NCBI GenBank assembly: GCA_030765125.1
Contig: JAVCDD010000180.1
Span: 7,033-71,032 of the forward strand
Length of the DNA stretch: 64,000 nt
Direction of reading: 5' to 3'
From: Candidatus Hatepunaea meridiana
GTDB lineage: Bacteria > Electryoneota > AABM5-125-24 > Hatepunaeales > Hatepunaeaceae
Under the pieces are notes generated by a model, which did not search any database, had not been told where the DNA came from, and worked only from the letters and a program-made list of their open reading frames with translations. The position numbers and the translations under genes are program-made. The stretch's first letter is position 1; each line of letters starts with the position of its first letter. Below are positions 31,069-41,600 of this stretch, one piece after another.

Positions 31069-34000
31069 ATGCGCTGCATTATGTTACTAATTCTGTCCAC
31101 TCTGCTTTTATCAGCAGCTACCGGAGATATTTACGCCCAGACCAATTGGCTTAAATGGTCACCGGTGGAAGGCGTGCCTGTTCGTCAGGGTAACGAAATC
31201 AAGTGGACCAACAATGGCGCCACCTGCATTGAGGGTGAACGCGCCGGTGAGACCGCAATCGTCTGGGAAGACACCCGCAATGGCTTTCGTAATATCAGCA
31301 TTCAGATCATAGAAGCCGACGGAGAATTCCACTTTCCGGAAGGCGGCGTTAATATCTTCGAGTCGTCAACTATGCGGTATGACCCTGTTATCTGTTCGGG
31401 ACCGGACGGTGACTGGTTTATCGCCTGGATGGACGTCCAAACGGGTCTTCGCCCGGAAATCCGCTGTACGCGAATCAATGCAGACGGTGAACCGCAATGG
31501 GGCGCCGATGAGAACGGCATCAGCCTTGAGAACCGGGAAACATCAGGCTACCAACCGGCAATAATCAGCGATGACAACGGAGGTTGTATTATTCTCTGGT
31601 GGGGTCACGACGAGAACAACAACCGCGAAATATTTGCTATGCATGTTCTTGAAAACGGTGAACCGGACGAGAACTGGGCTGATGGCGGTTTACCCATTCC
31701 GAACCTGCCTGGATACGACTTAAGTTATAATATTGCATCCGATGGAGAAGGCGGGATTATTATTAGTTGGCTGCATTATCTGGAAAACTACACGCCGATT
31801 CTTATGATTCAACGGTTGTCAATCAATGGCGAATTGCTATGGGGTGATGGTGAAGCGGTTCAAATCTGTGACTCACCGTTTAACGGGGAATCTCCTAAGA
31901 TCGTCTCAGACGGAGACGGTGGAGCAATCATTGAATGGATGGATAGTCGTAACGAGGATGACCGAAATACGGACATCTATGTTCAGCGAGTTGACTCAGA
32001 AGGGAATACACTCTGGGAAGATAACGGCTCGCAACTAATATCAACGGAAGACTTCGAATTGGCGCCACAACTCGTTCCCGTTTCACAAGGTGAAGCCATA
32101 TCCGTATGGTATGTCTATAGACAAGAAAATCGAATATTCGATATCTACGCTATGCGTTTCGGCGGCAATGATGAACTTGAGAAGTTCTGGGAGCCTGAGG
32201 AGGGCCTACCTATCGTCGTTGAACAAGACGGTGAACGGGAACGTATTGATATCTTTCAGGATGGTGAAGGAGGCGTATTCATTACTTGGGTTGACGGTCG
32301 CAACGGTGGCTATTCGGGGGAATACGATATCTATGCGCAACGTCTCAATACCGACGGTGAACCATTGTGGGGTGAAAACGGTATACCGGTGAGTACCGCT
32401 GATGGAAAGCAGGATACCCCACTGATAGCGCCTGTTGCCGGTGATGGCTGTCTGGTTGTATGGGCTAACGGTCAATTCTCAGTCGTTAGAAACATCCAGG
32501 CTCAAATATTGGATTCTGAGGGAGAAGCTGTCTGGGATGAAGACAGTCGAGCCATTGTCAACGCCGATCCTGGTAGTGCATATCAGTCTCGACTTGTTAA
32601 AGCCGCGGACGATGTATTCGCAGTGGGATTCATAGAAAATTGCTTTGTTCGCTCGACTGCATTGCCAAAAGTCAAGTTCTACCGTGACCTGGGAAACCGG
32701 GTTGAATGTTTGAACGATGAAGGCAGCATCACAGTAGTTGACAACTCAAACATTGGATTTTCCGAGTTGGAAATAGCTGCAGATGGAGAAGGTGGCGTTA
32801 TTGTTTTCTGGTCTGAATATAGAGAAAACAATCGTTCTGTCTTTGCGCAGCGGATTACACAGGAAGGCGAACGACTCTGGGATAACGACGGCGTTTCTGT
32901 TTTCGAAACCGAAGGAGAAATATTCAATCCCATTATCTGCTCGGATGAGATGGGAGGTGTATTCATTGCCTGCAACTACTTCCGAGTAGATATGCAAGAA
33001 ATTCTCTTACAACATCTTAATGCAGACGGTGAACGACTCTGGGGTAATGAAGATGTTCGTCTTCTCGATGAAAACTCTGATATGCTTATCCAGGGTATCA
33101 TTCCGGACGGTGAAAACGGCGCTGCTGTGCTGTACTCCACTATTAATCGAAGTGAATATGGACTGCATATAAACCGCATCACTGCTAACGGTGAGCCGGT
33201 CTGGGGCAATGGCGATGGTATTGACATCAACTCCTCAGAAGAATTCCGCCAGGATCAATCCAGGATGTTGAAACACCCGGATGGTTACGCTGTTATCTGG
33301 CAACAAAATCGTTGGATTGATAATCATCGCAATACGTGTTTCGACGTCCTGATTCAGTTCGTAGATACGGATGGCAACACACTATGGGATGAAAACGGTA
33401 TTCAAGTTTGTAATCTGGATGCTCAAGCAAATAACCCGTTCGGAGTCGTTGACGAGGATGGCTACATCTGGGTATTATGGTCGGACGACCGACTGGATGA
33501 AGATCGTGCTTATTCGCTTTATCTGCAGAAAATTGATCCACTGTCAGATGAAAATGATGACCCAAGCTTTATGCTGGAAGAAAATGGTCAACAAGTTATT
33601 TCAGCCGAGGGCTCCCAGTATCAAAGCCTCCTCATACCAGATGACGATGGTGGGGTGTGGGCAGCGTGGACGGATAGTCGCAGGCAATATGAAACGGACA
33701 TCTATGCCACTCATCTCGACTCTCAAGGCGAGCGCTGCGAGGGTTGGGCTGATGACGGCAATATAGTTTGCGATGCAATAATGGGACAGTCTTTCCCGAG
33801 GGGTGCTATGTTACGTTCATCCGGTGAAACAGGGATAATCCTGCTTTGGGACGACTGGCGCAGCAGTCGAGACGAGGACGAGGGGGCAGTTTTGAACCTT
33901 TATTGCCAAAGGGTAGACGATCCATCAGAGAATTTTGCTGGTGACGCTGCGTCAACCGCGCCTGTCTCGTTTGAGATAACCGCTCTGTATCCAAATCCAT

Positions 34001-34227
34001 TCAACAGCAACGTTCGGATAGATTACAAGTTAGAAGCAAACCAGCAGGTTTCACTGAAAGTCTTCGATCTGTCAGGTCGGTTAATATTCAGCGCTGACCC
34101 GCAGTTACGCACCATAGGTTCACATTCGTTGACATTGGATGCGGTAAATTGGGCGTCAGGTATCTACATCGCTCAACTGAATGCAGACAAGAAGGTAAGA
34201 ACAAAACGGTTTGTCTGTCTGAAATAG
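31069..34227 (+). CDS. Tandem-repeat protein (1052 aa), ~14 copies of a ~57-aa repeat (...SDGxGGxIIxWxDxRN...DIYAQRLNxDGExLWGxNGIxV), probable double beta-propeller. Signal peptide. T9SS CTD
   Basis: AAGGAGG SD 6 nt before the ATG at 31069. Repeats are obvious in the translation. C-terminus LYPNPFNSNVRIDY...LKVFDLSGRLI...SGIYIAQL... is a T9SS CTD. Confidence 0.85.
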   Translation: MRCIMLLILSTLLLSAATGDIYAQTNWLKWSPVEGVPVRQGNEIKWTNNGATCIEGERAGETAIVWEDTRNGFRNISIQIIEADGEFHFPEGGVNIFESSTMRYDPVICSGPDGDWFIAWMDVQTGLRPEIRCTRINADGEPQWGADENGISLENRETSGYQPAIISDDNGGCIILWWGHDENNNREIFAMHVLENGEPDENWADGGLPIPNLPGYDLSYNIASDGEGGIIISWLHYLENYTPILMIQRLSINGELLWGDGEAVQICDSPFNGESPKIVSDGDGGAIIEWMDSRNEDDRNTDIYVQRVDSEGNTLWEDNGSQLISTEDFELAPQLVPVSQGEAISVWYVYRQENRIFDIYAMRFGGNDELEKFWEPEEGLPIVVEQDGERERIDIFQDGEGGVFITWVDGRNGGYSGEYDIYAQRLNTDGEPLWGENGIPVSTADGKQDTPLIAPVAGDGCLVVWANGQFSVVRNIQAQILDSEGEAVWDEDSRAIVNADPGSAYQSRLVKAADDVFAVGFIENCFVRSTALPKVKFYRDLGNRVECLNDEGSITVVDNSNIGFSELEIAADGEGGVIVFWSEYRENNRSVFAQRITQEGERLWDNDGVSVFETEGEIFNPIICSDEMGGVFIACNYFRVDMQEILLQHLNADGERLWGNEDVRLLDENSDMLIQGIIPDGENGAAVLYSTINRSEYGLHINRITANGEPVWGNGDGIDINSSEEFRQDQSRMLKHPDGYAVIWQQNRWIDNHRNTCFDVLIQFVDTDGNTLWDENGIQVCNLDAQANNPFGVVDEDGYIWVLWSDDRLDEDRAYSLYLQKIDPLSDENDDPSFMLEENGQQVISAEGSQYQSLLIPDDDGGVWAAWTDSRRQYETDIYATHLDSQGERCEGWADDGNIVCDAIMGQSFPRGAMLRSSGETGIILLWDDWRSSRDEDEGAVLNLYCQRVDDPSENFAGDAASTAPVSFEITALYPNPFNSNVRIDYKLEANQQVSLKVFDLSGRLIFSADPQLRTIGSHSLTLDAVNWASGIYIAQLNADKKVRTKRFVCLK

Positions 34228-34243
34228 TATAACCGCCAAATCG

Positions 34244-34377
34244 GGGATAGTATGCCTGTTTTCTGTAAACTTTCTGTCATGGCACCGTCCCTGCCAGCAA
34301 CGTTTACGACAATTCTATCAACCGTGGCAGGTTGACAGCAGTAAAAGCTATCTTTAGAAAAACAGTTATACTGTCCC
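34244..34377. repeat. Composite degenerate GGGGAtAGTATgCCTGTTTTCT-type inverted-repeat element carrying an internal caaccgtggcaggttgacagc hairpin (related to 50861-50883)
   Basis: Arms 34244-34266 and 34356-34377. Inner hairpin is similar to the 50.86 kb copy. Confidence 0.5.
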
Positions 34378-34385
34378 ATTTATTT

Positions 34386-34436
34386 ACTTGTAGTCGGGTT
34401 TGTGAACAAACCCGACTACAAGTAATGATGCTTTTT
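34386..34436 (+). terminator. Rho-independent terminator candidate downstream of 31069..34227
   Basis: Perfect hairpin acttgtagtcgggtttgt-gaa-caaacccgactacaagt followed by a T-rich tract. Confidence 0.55.
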
Positions 34437-34616
34437 CCCTCACTCAAGCGCTATAATTTTTAGATGACATAACCTGAAACGATCTCACCGATCATTTTAC
34501 CATCCCAGTTCACCTCAATAACTCCTCCGACTTCGAAATTGAAGTTGAAATATTTCCAATTAGCTGAACATCATTAATGATTCTGTTGATTAAGTCAACA
34601 ATTTCAGAATTACCCT

Positions 34617-34714
34617 CCCATTTTGTCATTCCCGCGAAGGCGGGAATCCAGAGTTTTCAAGTATTTAACAAACACCATCTGGATTCCCGGCCTTCGCGGG
34701 AATGACAAAATGGG
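34617..34714. repeat. Palindromic element cccattttgtcattcccgcgaaggcgggaatccag ... ctggattcccggccttcgcgggaatgacaaaatggg
   Basis: 35-bp near-perfect inverted repeats. ttttgtcattccc termini are shared with the composite element at 50647-50941. Confidence 0.65.
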
Positions 34715-34848
34715 AAGTATTTCAACAGGATCATTAATATAAGAGATTAAATATTTGGAATTGGGACATAACTCCTCTTGAAAGTGAAATGGATTTTACT
34801 ATATTAGGATAACTAATTCACATTTCCAAACACAAAAGGAGTTACAAA

Positions 34849-35202
34849 ATGGCGAAAAAACACATAGCCATCTTTTACTGCAAGCGCATTCAAGACCACA
34901 CCTGCATAGCTTGTGCTAAATGTTTCAAAGCTGCCCCCTTGAAAAACGGGAAATTCTCACAATACGATGAAGAAATCGAGATAGTGGCAATGACGGATTG
35001 CGGTGATTGTCCAGGGCTGTTAATGCCTCGAGTTCCGATGATCAGGACTCTGGGAGGACATGTGGACGCTGTTCACCTGGGCACCTGTGTCACTCAGGCA
35101 AAGGAACACGGTGAATGTCCGCTTGATCTTGAAGAAATGAAAGTGAAACTTGAAAAGAAATTGGGGATTCCTGTGATTATCGGGACGCATGATTATGTTT
35201 GA
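34849..35202 (+). CDS. CGGC-domain-like small Cys-rich protein (117 aa)
   Basis: Conserved Cys pattern (YCKRIQDHTCIAC...DCGDCPG...GTCV...GECP) resembles PF08821. AAGGAG SD before the ATG at 34849. Confidence 0.5.
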   Translation: MAKKHIAIFYCKRIQDHTCIACAKCFKAAPLKNGKFSQYDEEIEIVAMTDCGDCPGLLMPRVPMIRTLGGHVDAVHLGTCVTQAKEHGECPLDLEEMKVKLEKKLGIPVIIGTHDYV

Positions 35203-35252
35203 TTCACCTCACAGGCAGGGTCGCCTGCGGCTCCTGTATTTCGGCTAACATT

Positions 35253-35364
35253 GTCGGACAAGAGTGTCCAACCTACTAAAACATCGGTAGGATAGGCATT
35301 CCTGTCTGTCGTACACCTCTTAATTATAGGCATCGTTTGACAGACAAGAATGTCTGTCCTACCC
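35253..35364. repeat. Cluster of three GTAGGACAGACATTCCTGTCTGTC-family palindromes (35253-35276, 35286-35310, 35339-35364)
   Basis: String matches (0-3 mismatches) to the coding copies in gene 1. Confidence 0.65.
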
Positions 35365-35511
35365 TTCGTGTGATTGCTTAAACAAATGGCGGGCAATCCA
35401 CCACCCTCCATCCAGAAGTTTTCGCAGGCAGGGACGTCTACTCTACTGGTGAGGGCACTTGACAGCACAGATGACTTACTATCTAAAGCCAAACGCCCAA
35501 AGCTCAAAGAC

Positions 35512-35556
35512 TAAAACAAAAGCCCGTCCGGTTAATACCGGACGGGCTTTTGGGTT
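35512..35556. terminator. Bidirectional rho-independent terminator (hairpin aaagcccgtccggttaataccggacgggcttt flanked by an A-tract and a T-tract) between the convergent CGGC gene and the 4817-aa gene
   Basis: Perfect 13-bp stem, A-run upstream and T-run downstream on both strands. Confidence 0.6.
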
Positions 35557-35640
35557 TAATTAATATTGTTGCTTCAGGTGTTAACACCTTTGTTTATGTT
35601 GCGTCAGGTGTTAACACCTGACGCAACATAAACGCAGTGA

Positions 35641-38600
35641 TTACTTCACCAGCATTACCTTGCGTACGGACTTGAAGTTGGCAGCTTCCATCCGGACAAT
35701 GTAGATACCGGAGGTCATACCAGCTCCATCCCAGACCGCAGTGTAACGACCCGCTTTGAGTTCGTTGTTTATCAGAGTCGTAACCAGACGACCTGTCACA
35801 TCGAACACATTGATCGTAACTTTTGCAGCCTCAGGTAAGCCGTAGTTAATGCGTGTAACCGCATTAAATGGGTTAGGATAGTTCTGAGACAGACTGTACT
35901 CATCCGGTATGCCTGCATCAACCCTGACATCTATTATCGTCAAGGCGTTGGTGAGGTAAACAAGTCCCTTACCAGATTTGATGCTTGCTTTCAGGTTCAC
36001 TTCAGTCTCGTTGGCGTTATTCCACATGCGTAAGGTGAATGCTTCATCTTCCTGCAGACCGTCAACGACGTTTTTAGTGTGTTCAGAATCACCCCAGATA
36101 GGTAATCCACACATTTCGTCGGAAATTGTGCCGACACCTATTAGTTTACCGGAAGCGTCAAAGGCGGCAATCTGATCGCCGTCCTCAACAGGTGTTCCGA
36201 TAATCGAAGTTACCAGTACACTCATGTTGACATCGGTCTTTACAGGGGAAGCCCAGTGGCTGCCAGCTTCGCTTGCAGACATCAGAGCCGCGCCTTGGTC
36301 TTCATCCTCCGGATATAGTAATTCGACATCTTCGTCAACGTTGATCTGGTAACCTTGACCAGGTGTCCACGGTTCCATATTCGAGAAGCCATATGAAGGT
36401 ACCATGAAGCCACCTGGTCCATCTTTGGCAATGATAACATTGTCAACAATAGATGACACAACGTGGAAACCGCTACCGCGTGAAGCTTCCAGATCATAGG
36501 TTGGATAGTAGGCAACTATATTCCAACCTGCATCAACACCTGCAACCACAGTCTGTGGATGGATCGGAACGCCTAACCAAGAGGCTTCGAGTTCTTCGTT
36601 AACGTTCATCAGGTAACCTTCAGCGGTGTTCCAGAAGTCAATACCGTAAAAATCCCAATCCGGGACACAGAAATCACCAGCTTCGTCCTTCATAATAACT
36701 ACGTGGTGGTTATCATCCTCATCCTTGTACTGTTCGAGCATTAGCTCAACATCCGGACCATCATCATCATCGAGATTTTCCCAGTAATCAGCAATTGGAA
36801 TGATGTTCAATGAGATCATGTTCCAGCCTTCGAGATGAAGAATGGTCTGCTCGCGAAGTTGGTAGGCTGTTACACAAGTTACTATCGTTTCACCGTTGTT
36901 AACCCAGACACGCGGACCAGCATTATCTTCTATTTCAGCAGTGGCAAGAAGTTCTTCGTCAGCATCCGGGTCCCAGGCACGATAGTTAATATTATCGCCG
37001 TTTTCGAATCCTTCGACATCATCAGCCGCACCATAAGCGATTAACACAGAGCCTTCGCCACGCCAAACAACACCGCCGGCAAGGACGTCATCGTCAGTGT
37101 ATGCAGCGATTTCCCAACCGTTGGGAACAGGTTCTTCGTCAAATGCGACATCTAAAATGCTCAGATAGTGCATCAGGTTGGTCGTTTCGAATTCAGCGAA
37201 GTGCTGTATACGAGCGCCAAGCTGAAGTTCGACGTCAAAGACTATTTCTGCATTTTCAGGATCGTTAGTAAGGATAGTAACGGTAGCATGATAATCAATC
37301 CAGTCTTCAAGGTCTGCAGGATCAAATGTAAGTATTATCTCTGTCGATTCACCGGCATGTACATCACCTTCATCCGGTTCGGCAGTAACCCAGGTTGAAA
37401 CGTTTGCAAGGTGATCAAGATACCAGATGACAGCTTCGCCTGTTCTTCCCCAATGATAATTAGCTGGGACATTATGCAGATAGCCGTCAACCGTAGTAGA
37501 TACGAGGCAGAAGCCGCGACCGTATTGATAAGTCAGGATGATTGGCTCATTTGTAGGATTACCCATCGCCATTATTTGCACCCATTCGACGTTATCCATA
37601 TTGTCAATGTCCCTCTGGAGAAATACACCATGTGCGCATCCACCGCCGACCAGTCTCTGTCCTTCACCCCATTCCCAGTTAAAGGGATCGTTCTCGTTCA
37701 TATAATTGATGAGGAAGTTCTCTTCAGGGTCCAACTGGAGCGGACACTGATTCTGAGATTGACTACCATTATATACGAGACCACCAGGATTTGTCGGTCT
37801 GGTATTATGATTATTTGTCCCGGAACTGTGATAGAGGGCTCCGCCACCATCAACGAATTCCTCTATACGTTCAAGGTTCTGGTTATATTGAGCTACCCAC
37901 GCATCCGCCTCGTAGTTCCCGATCCACATAAAGTCGTACTCTGTGAAATCAACGTCCTGCACTTGATTCCAGGTGCGATAGCGATCATAATCCAGATCAT
38001 CTATCGCTTGGAAATATCGTTCGAAGTCCCAGTTCGACCAGCCGCAGCGCTCTGCAATCAGAATGCCTCGTCCTTCCGGCTGATCGCGGCGAGGTCCGAT
38101 TGCGCGTTTAGTTGAACGCAGGGAGCGAACAGCGTCATCGCGTTCCTCTTCCTCGATATCTTCGATCTCGATCTCAAAATGCAGGTCACGTCTTTCACCT
38201 TCTTCGTTGGCAAGTACGATGATTTCCTCAACAGGATCGTCACCCATTAGCATCTGAACGATGATTTCGGTTGGGTTATCCGGATCTGTTTCAGGATCGG
38301 TTGATGCGATCGGGGCTAATTCACCTACACCGATCAAATCCCACCAGATTCGGTCATCGTCACCAATATCCTGGTTTTCAGCGTCGGAAAAGATGCTGAA
38401 CGTCGCTTCACGTACTCCAGTCTGACTGGGACTGAAGGTTAATGTGAATGCGAGTTCCTGTTCAGGATCCAGGACCGCCTGGTCATCTATATCCGTGCTG
38501 TAATCGTCGGCAGCATCCCCAGTAAATTCGACACCGTCAATTATAAGATCTGTCGAACCGCAGTTCACGACTGTAATACTTATTTCGGAATCGCCATTTA

Positions 38601-41600
38601 CGTAGGTGTCTTCGAATTCAATATCCTGCGCATTTTCAAACGGTTGCGCTATCGGTTCATATTCCTCATCCCATATAGGAACACCGATAACATCCGCAAT
38701 GACGTTTACAACAAACTCGTCGTTTTCAGGATCGTTGGTAATGAAGATTATATCTGCTTCGTAAGTAAATTCGATCAAACCTTCAGTGTTAAGGGTTACG
38801 AAGACGTCCATATCAGCACCGGGGTCGATGCCACTATCATTTGGACGATCGGGATCCCATGGTGAAGTATCAGGATCAAGTGTGATCCATTTCGCGCCAC
38901 CCATCTCGGTCAGGTATAACAGGAGTTCTGATGCGATAGAGCCCCACTCACCACCGTTACGAGCATAATTGAACCAGCAGTGACCTGTCGAGTGACCGAC
39001 GGTCAGAACAGTACCCTTACCGAAGCCGTAAGCGACAGCGCCAGGTACGTCCTGATTCTGCTTAGTGGCAATAACCTGATACCATTCGAGAGTGCCGTCA
39101 TCTACCTTTTGAACGAACTGGTTTTCAAGGTAACCGGAATGCAGCCATGAGCCGCCTTCAATGAGTTCGCCCTCTTCCCAGTAGTTCGGTTCGGATCTGT
39201 GACAGATCTCGGCAAACAGACTGTAATTGTCATCATTCGGGTCAGGGCTGACAACCAATGTGCCGTTACTGGTTCCTCCGGCTGAATTGTTGACAATATC
39301 GCCGGGACCATGCATGGGGCTGTTGGCGTCAGCAGTTTCATAGTAACATGCGCCACCGTCCGCAACATACTCTTCCAGCCGCTCAAAGTTGTTCTGGTAA
39401 TTCTGGCTGTTCATTGTACTGCGAGCAGCTATTACGATGACGTCATAATCTTCGAATTCAACGTTATCCCAGTCGGCGGCTTGACGATAGGAATGATAGT
39501 TATCGTTGTTCAGGAGCGGATCCCTACGCATACCATCGTCCACCCAGCCCCATGTGGTGCTGGTCTGGAAGGCGGCAAACAACAGTCCGTCGAGTTCGTC
39601 ATCTTCGAGTGGGTCGCGACGCGCCCCAACCGAACCGACTGCATTCAGAGTACGAGCGTTGTTATCACGCTCAGGCTCGCTAATGATTTCGATCTCGGTT
39701 TCGAAATGGAGTTGAGCGCCGTCGTCCCCGGCTTCGTTGGCGACATTCAGGTTATGGATTTCTTCCTGACCGTTGGGAACCTCGGTATCAATCGACTGAG
39801 GTGCGACGGAGAACATTGGCGGTGAAAACGCTTGAGCTACTAAACTCACTGCATATTCCGCGTCGTCTTCGTCGTTATTGAATATAATCAGATCCGGGGT
39901 GAACTCACCGGTTTCACCAGGCATAAAGGTTAAGGTGACAACCTCTTCCTCTCCCGGACCGATTACGAAATCAGCATGATCAACCTCAAAGAATTCATGA
40001 TCAATCTCGCAACCTTCTATTTCAAGATCTTCGGTGCCGACGTTTTGAACGACTATTTCAAGGTCGTAATCGCCGTCAGCATATAATATTTCAGGCCAGA
40101 AGTGATCCTCTGATTCACTATAAGCTGCATTCCAGTCAACGATGCCATGATCGTCCGGATCATCCGGAATGTAGCCCCATTCTTCGGGCCAGATAACATT
40201 GATACCGGGAGCTCCAGATACGTGAATAAGGATATTTACAACTGCATCCTGATTAGCCGGATCGTTGCTTAAGAAATGGAGATTGACTTCGTATTCACCA
40301 CTATATAGACCGAATGTATTAATTGTGATGAATATATCCATTTCTTCATCAGCTCCAAGTCCATCTTCCGGGGATTCCTTTGGATCATACGAGAACCATC
40401 TGACTTCATCAACACCGTCATCGTAAACACGGATGTTTGCCTGCTGGTAGCCACTGCACCAGATATACTCACCGTCATGACCAACCGCACAATAAGGCTG
40501 ACCATTGTTGACTTGGAAGCTTACTACATCGTCTACCTCAACGCATGTCCAATCATCCCTGTCAACGCCAATCTGGTATACGTTGTTTTGGGCGGCATCA
40601 GTCATCCAGAGAGGAGCATCGACATGCGCCGGTACCCACTCAAGGGCAAAAGTAACGACATTGCCGTGGAATGCCTGATGATTGGCAATCACACCGATTT
40701 CCTCACCCACATCGAGACCGTCCACCTCATAGACGTGGATGGAATTAGGAGCGGCATTTTGCATTACGAATATAAGGCTTTCCTCAACGTCAGCCGCGAG
40801 ACCGTAAGCGACGAACGGGAAATTATGAGTTCCAACCAACTGACCATCGCCGTCATATCGACGTACCTGTGCATTTGACCAGTTACCTATCCATAGGTGA
40901 CCGTTAAGCCAGCATCCGTCCATGCAGCTACCGCCTGTGGCGATGCTAATTTCTTCATTGAAATTCTCATAATTAGCGTCATGGGAATAAGCCGCGGCAC
41001 GTTGATTATTGTAGTTAGACACCCACATGCGCTCGTTATCCCAGTCCCAACCAACGCAGGAGCTGTAATGGTTCACGACATTAATACCGTTGAACTGGGC
41101 AATCAGGTCGCCCGGCTCGTCGCGACGCGGACCGGTAGCGCTCCTGGTGCTGCGCAGAGTGCGTGAAGCATTATCACGCTCTTCTTCAGGACCTTCCTGA
41201 ATCATTTCAGCTTCAGTAGTGAAGTGAAGGTCTGCTCTACCTATGTTGGCAACGTTAATAGTCAGCTCTTCCTCGTCGCCGGTGTCCATTTCACGTTCAA
41301 TCTCTCCAGGATCAAGGGAGATCATGGGTGGATCTTGACAGTCTGCGCTTAAATCGAATATGAACTCTTCCAGATCCGGGTCGTTTGTGGATAAGGTAAC
41401 GGTTCCGATGTATTCACCCGCTTCTTCAGCCATGAAGCTGACGGTAATTATACCCTCTTGCGCAGCGATGATGGCGTTATCATCAACGAAGTCTGCAGGA
41501 TCAACGAAGAAGACTTCCACGTCGCCTTCGGTGTCCACGATGATTTCGTCAATAATCAGATCGTCCGTACCTACGTTAATGATAGTTACCGGAATCTGAT

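Noticed and set aside
35573-35634. Hairpins aggtgttaacacct / tatgttgcgtcaggtgttaacacctgacgcaacata directly after the 4817-aa gene stop as its terminator
   Set aside because: They are not followed by a U-tract on the coding strand. They are more likely REP-like stabiliser hairpins, and the real terminator is probably the bidirectional hairpin at 35512-35556.
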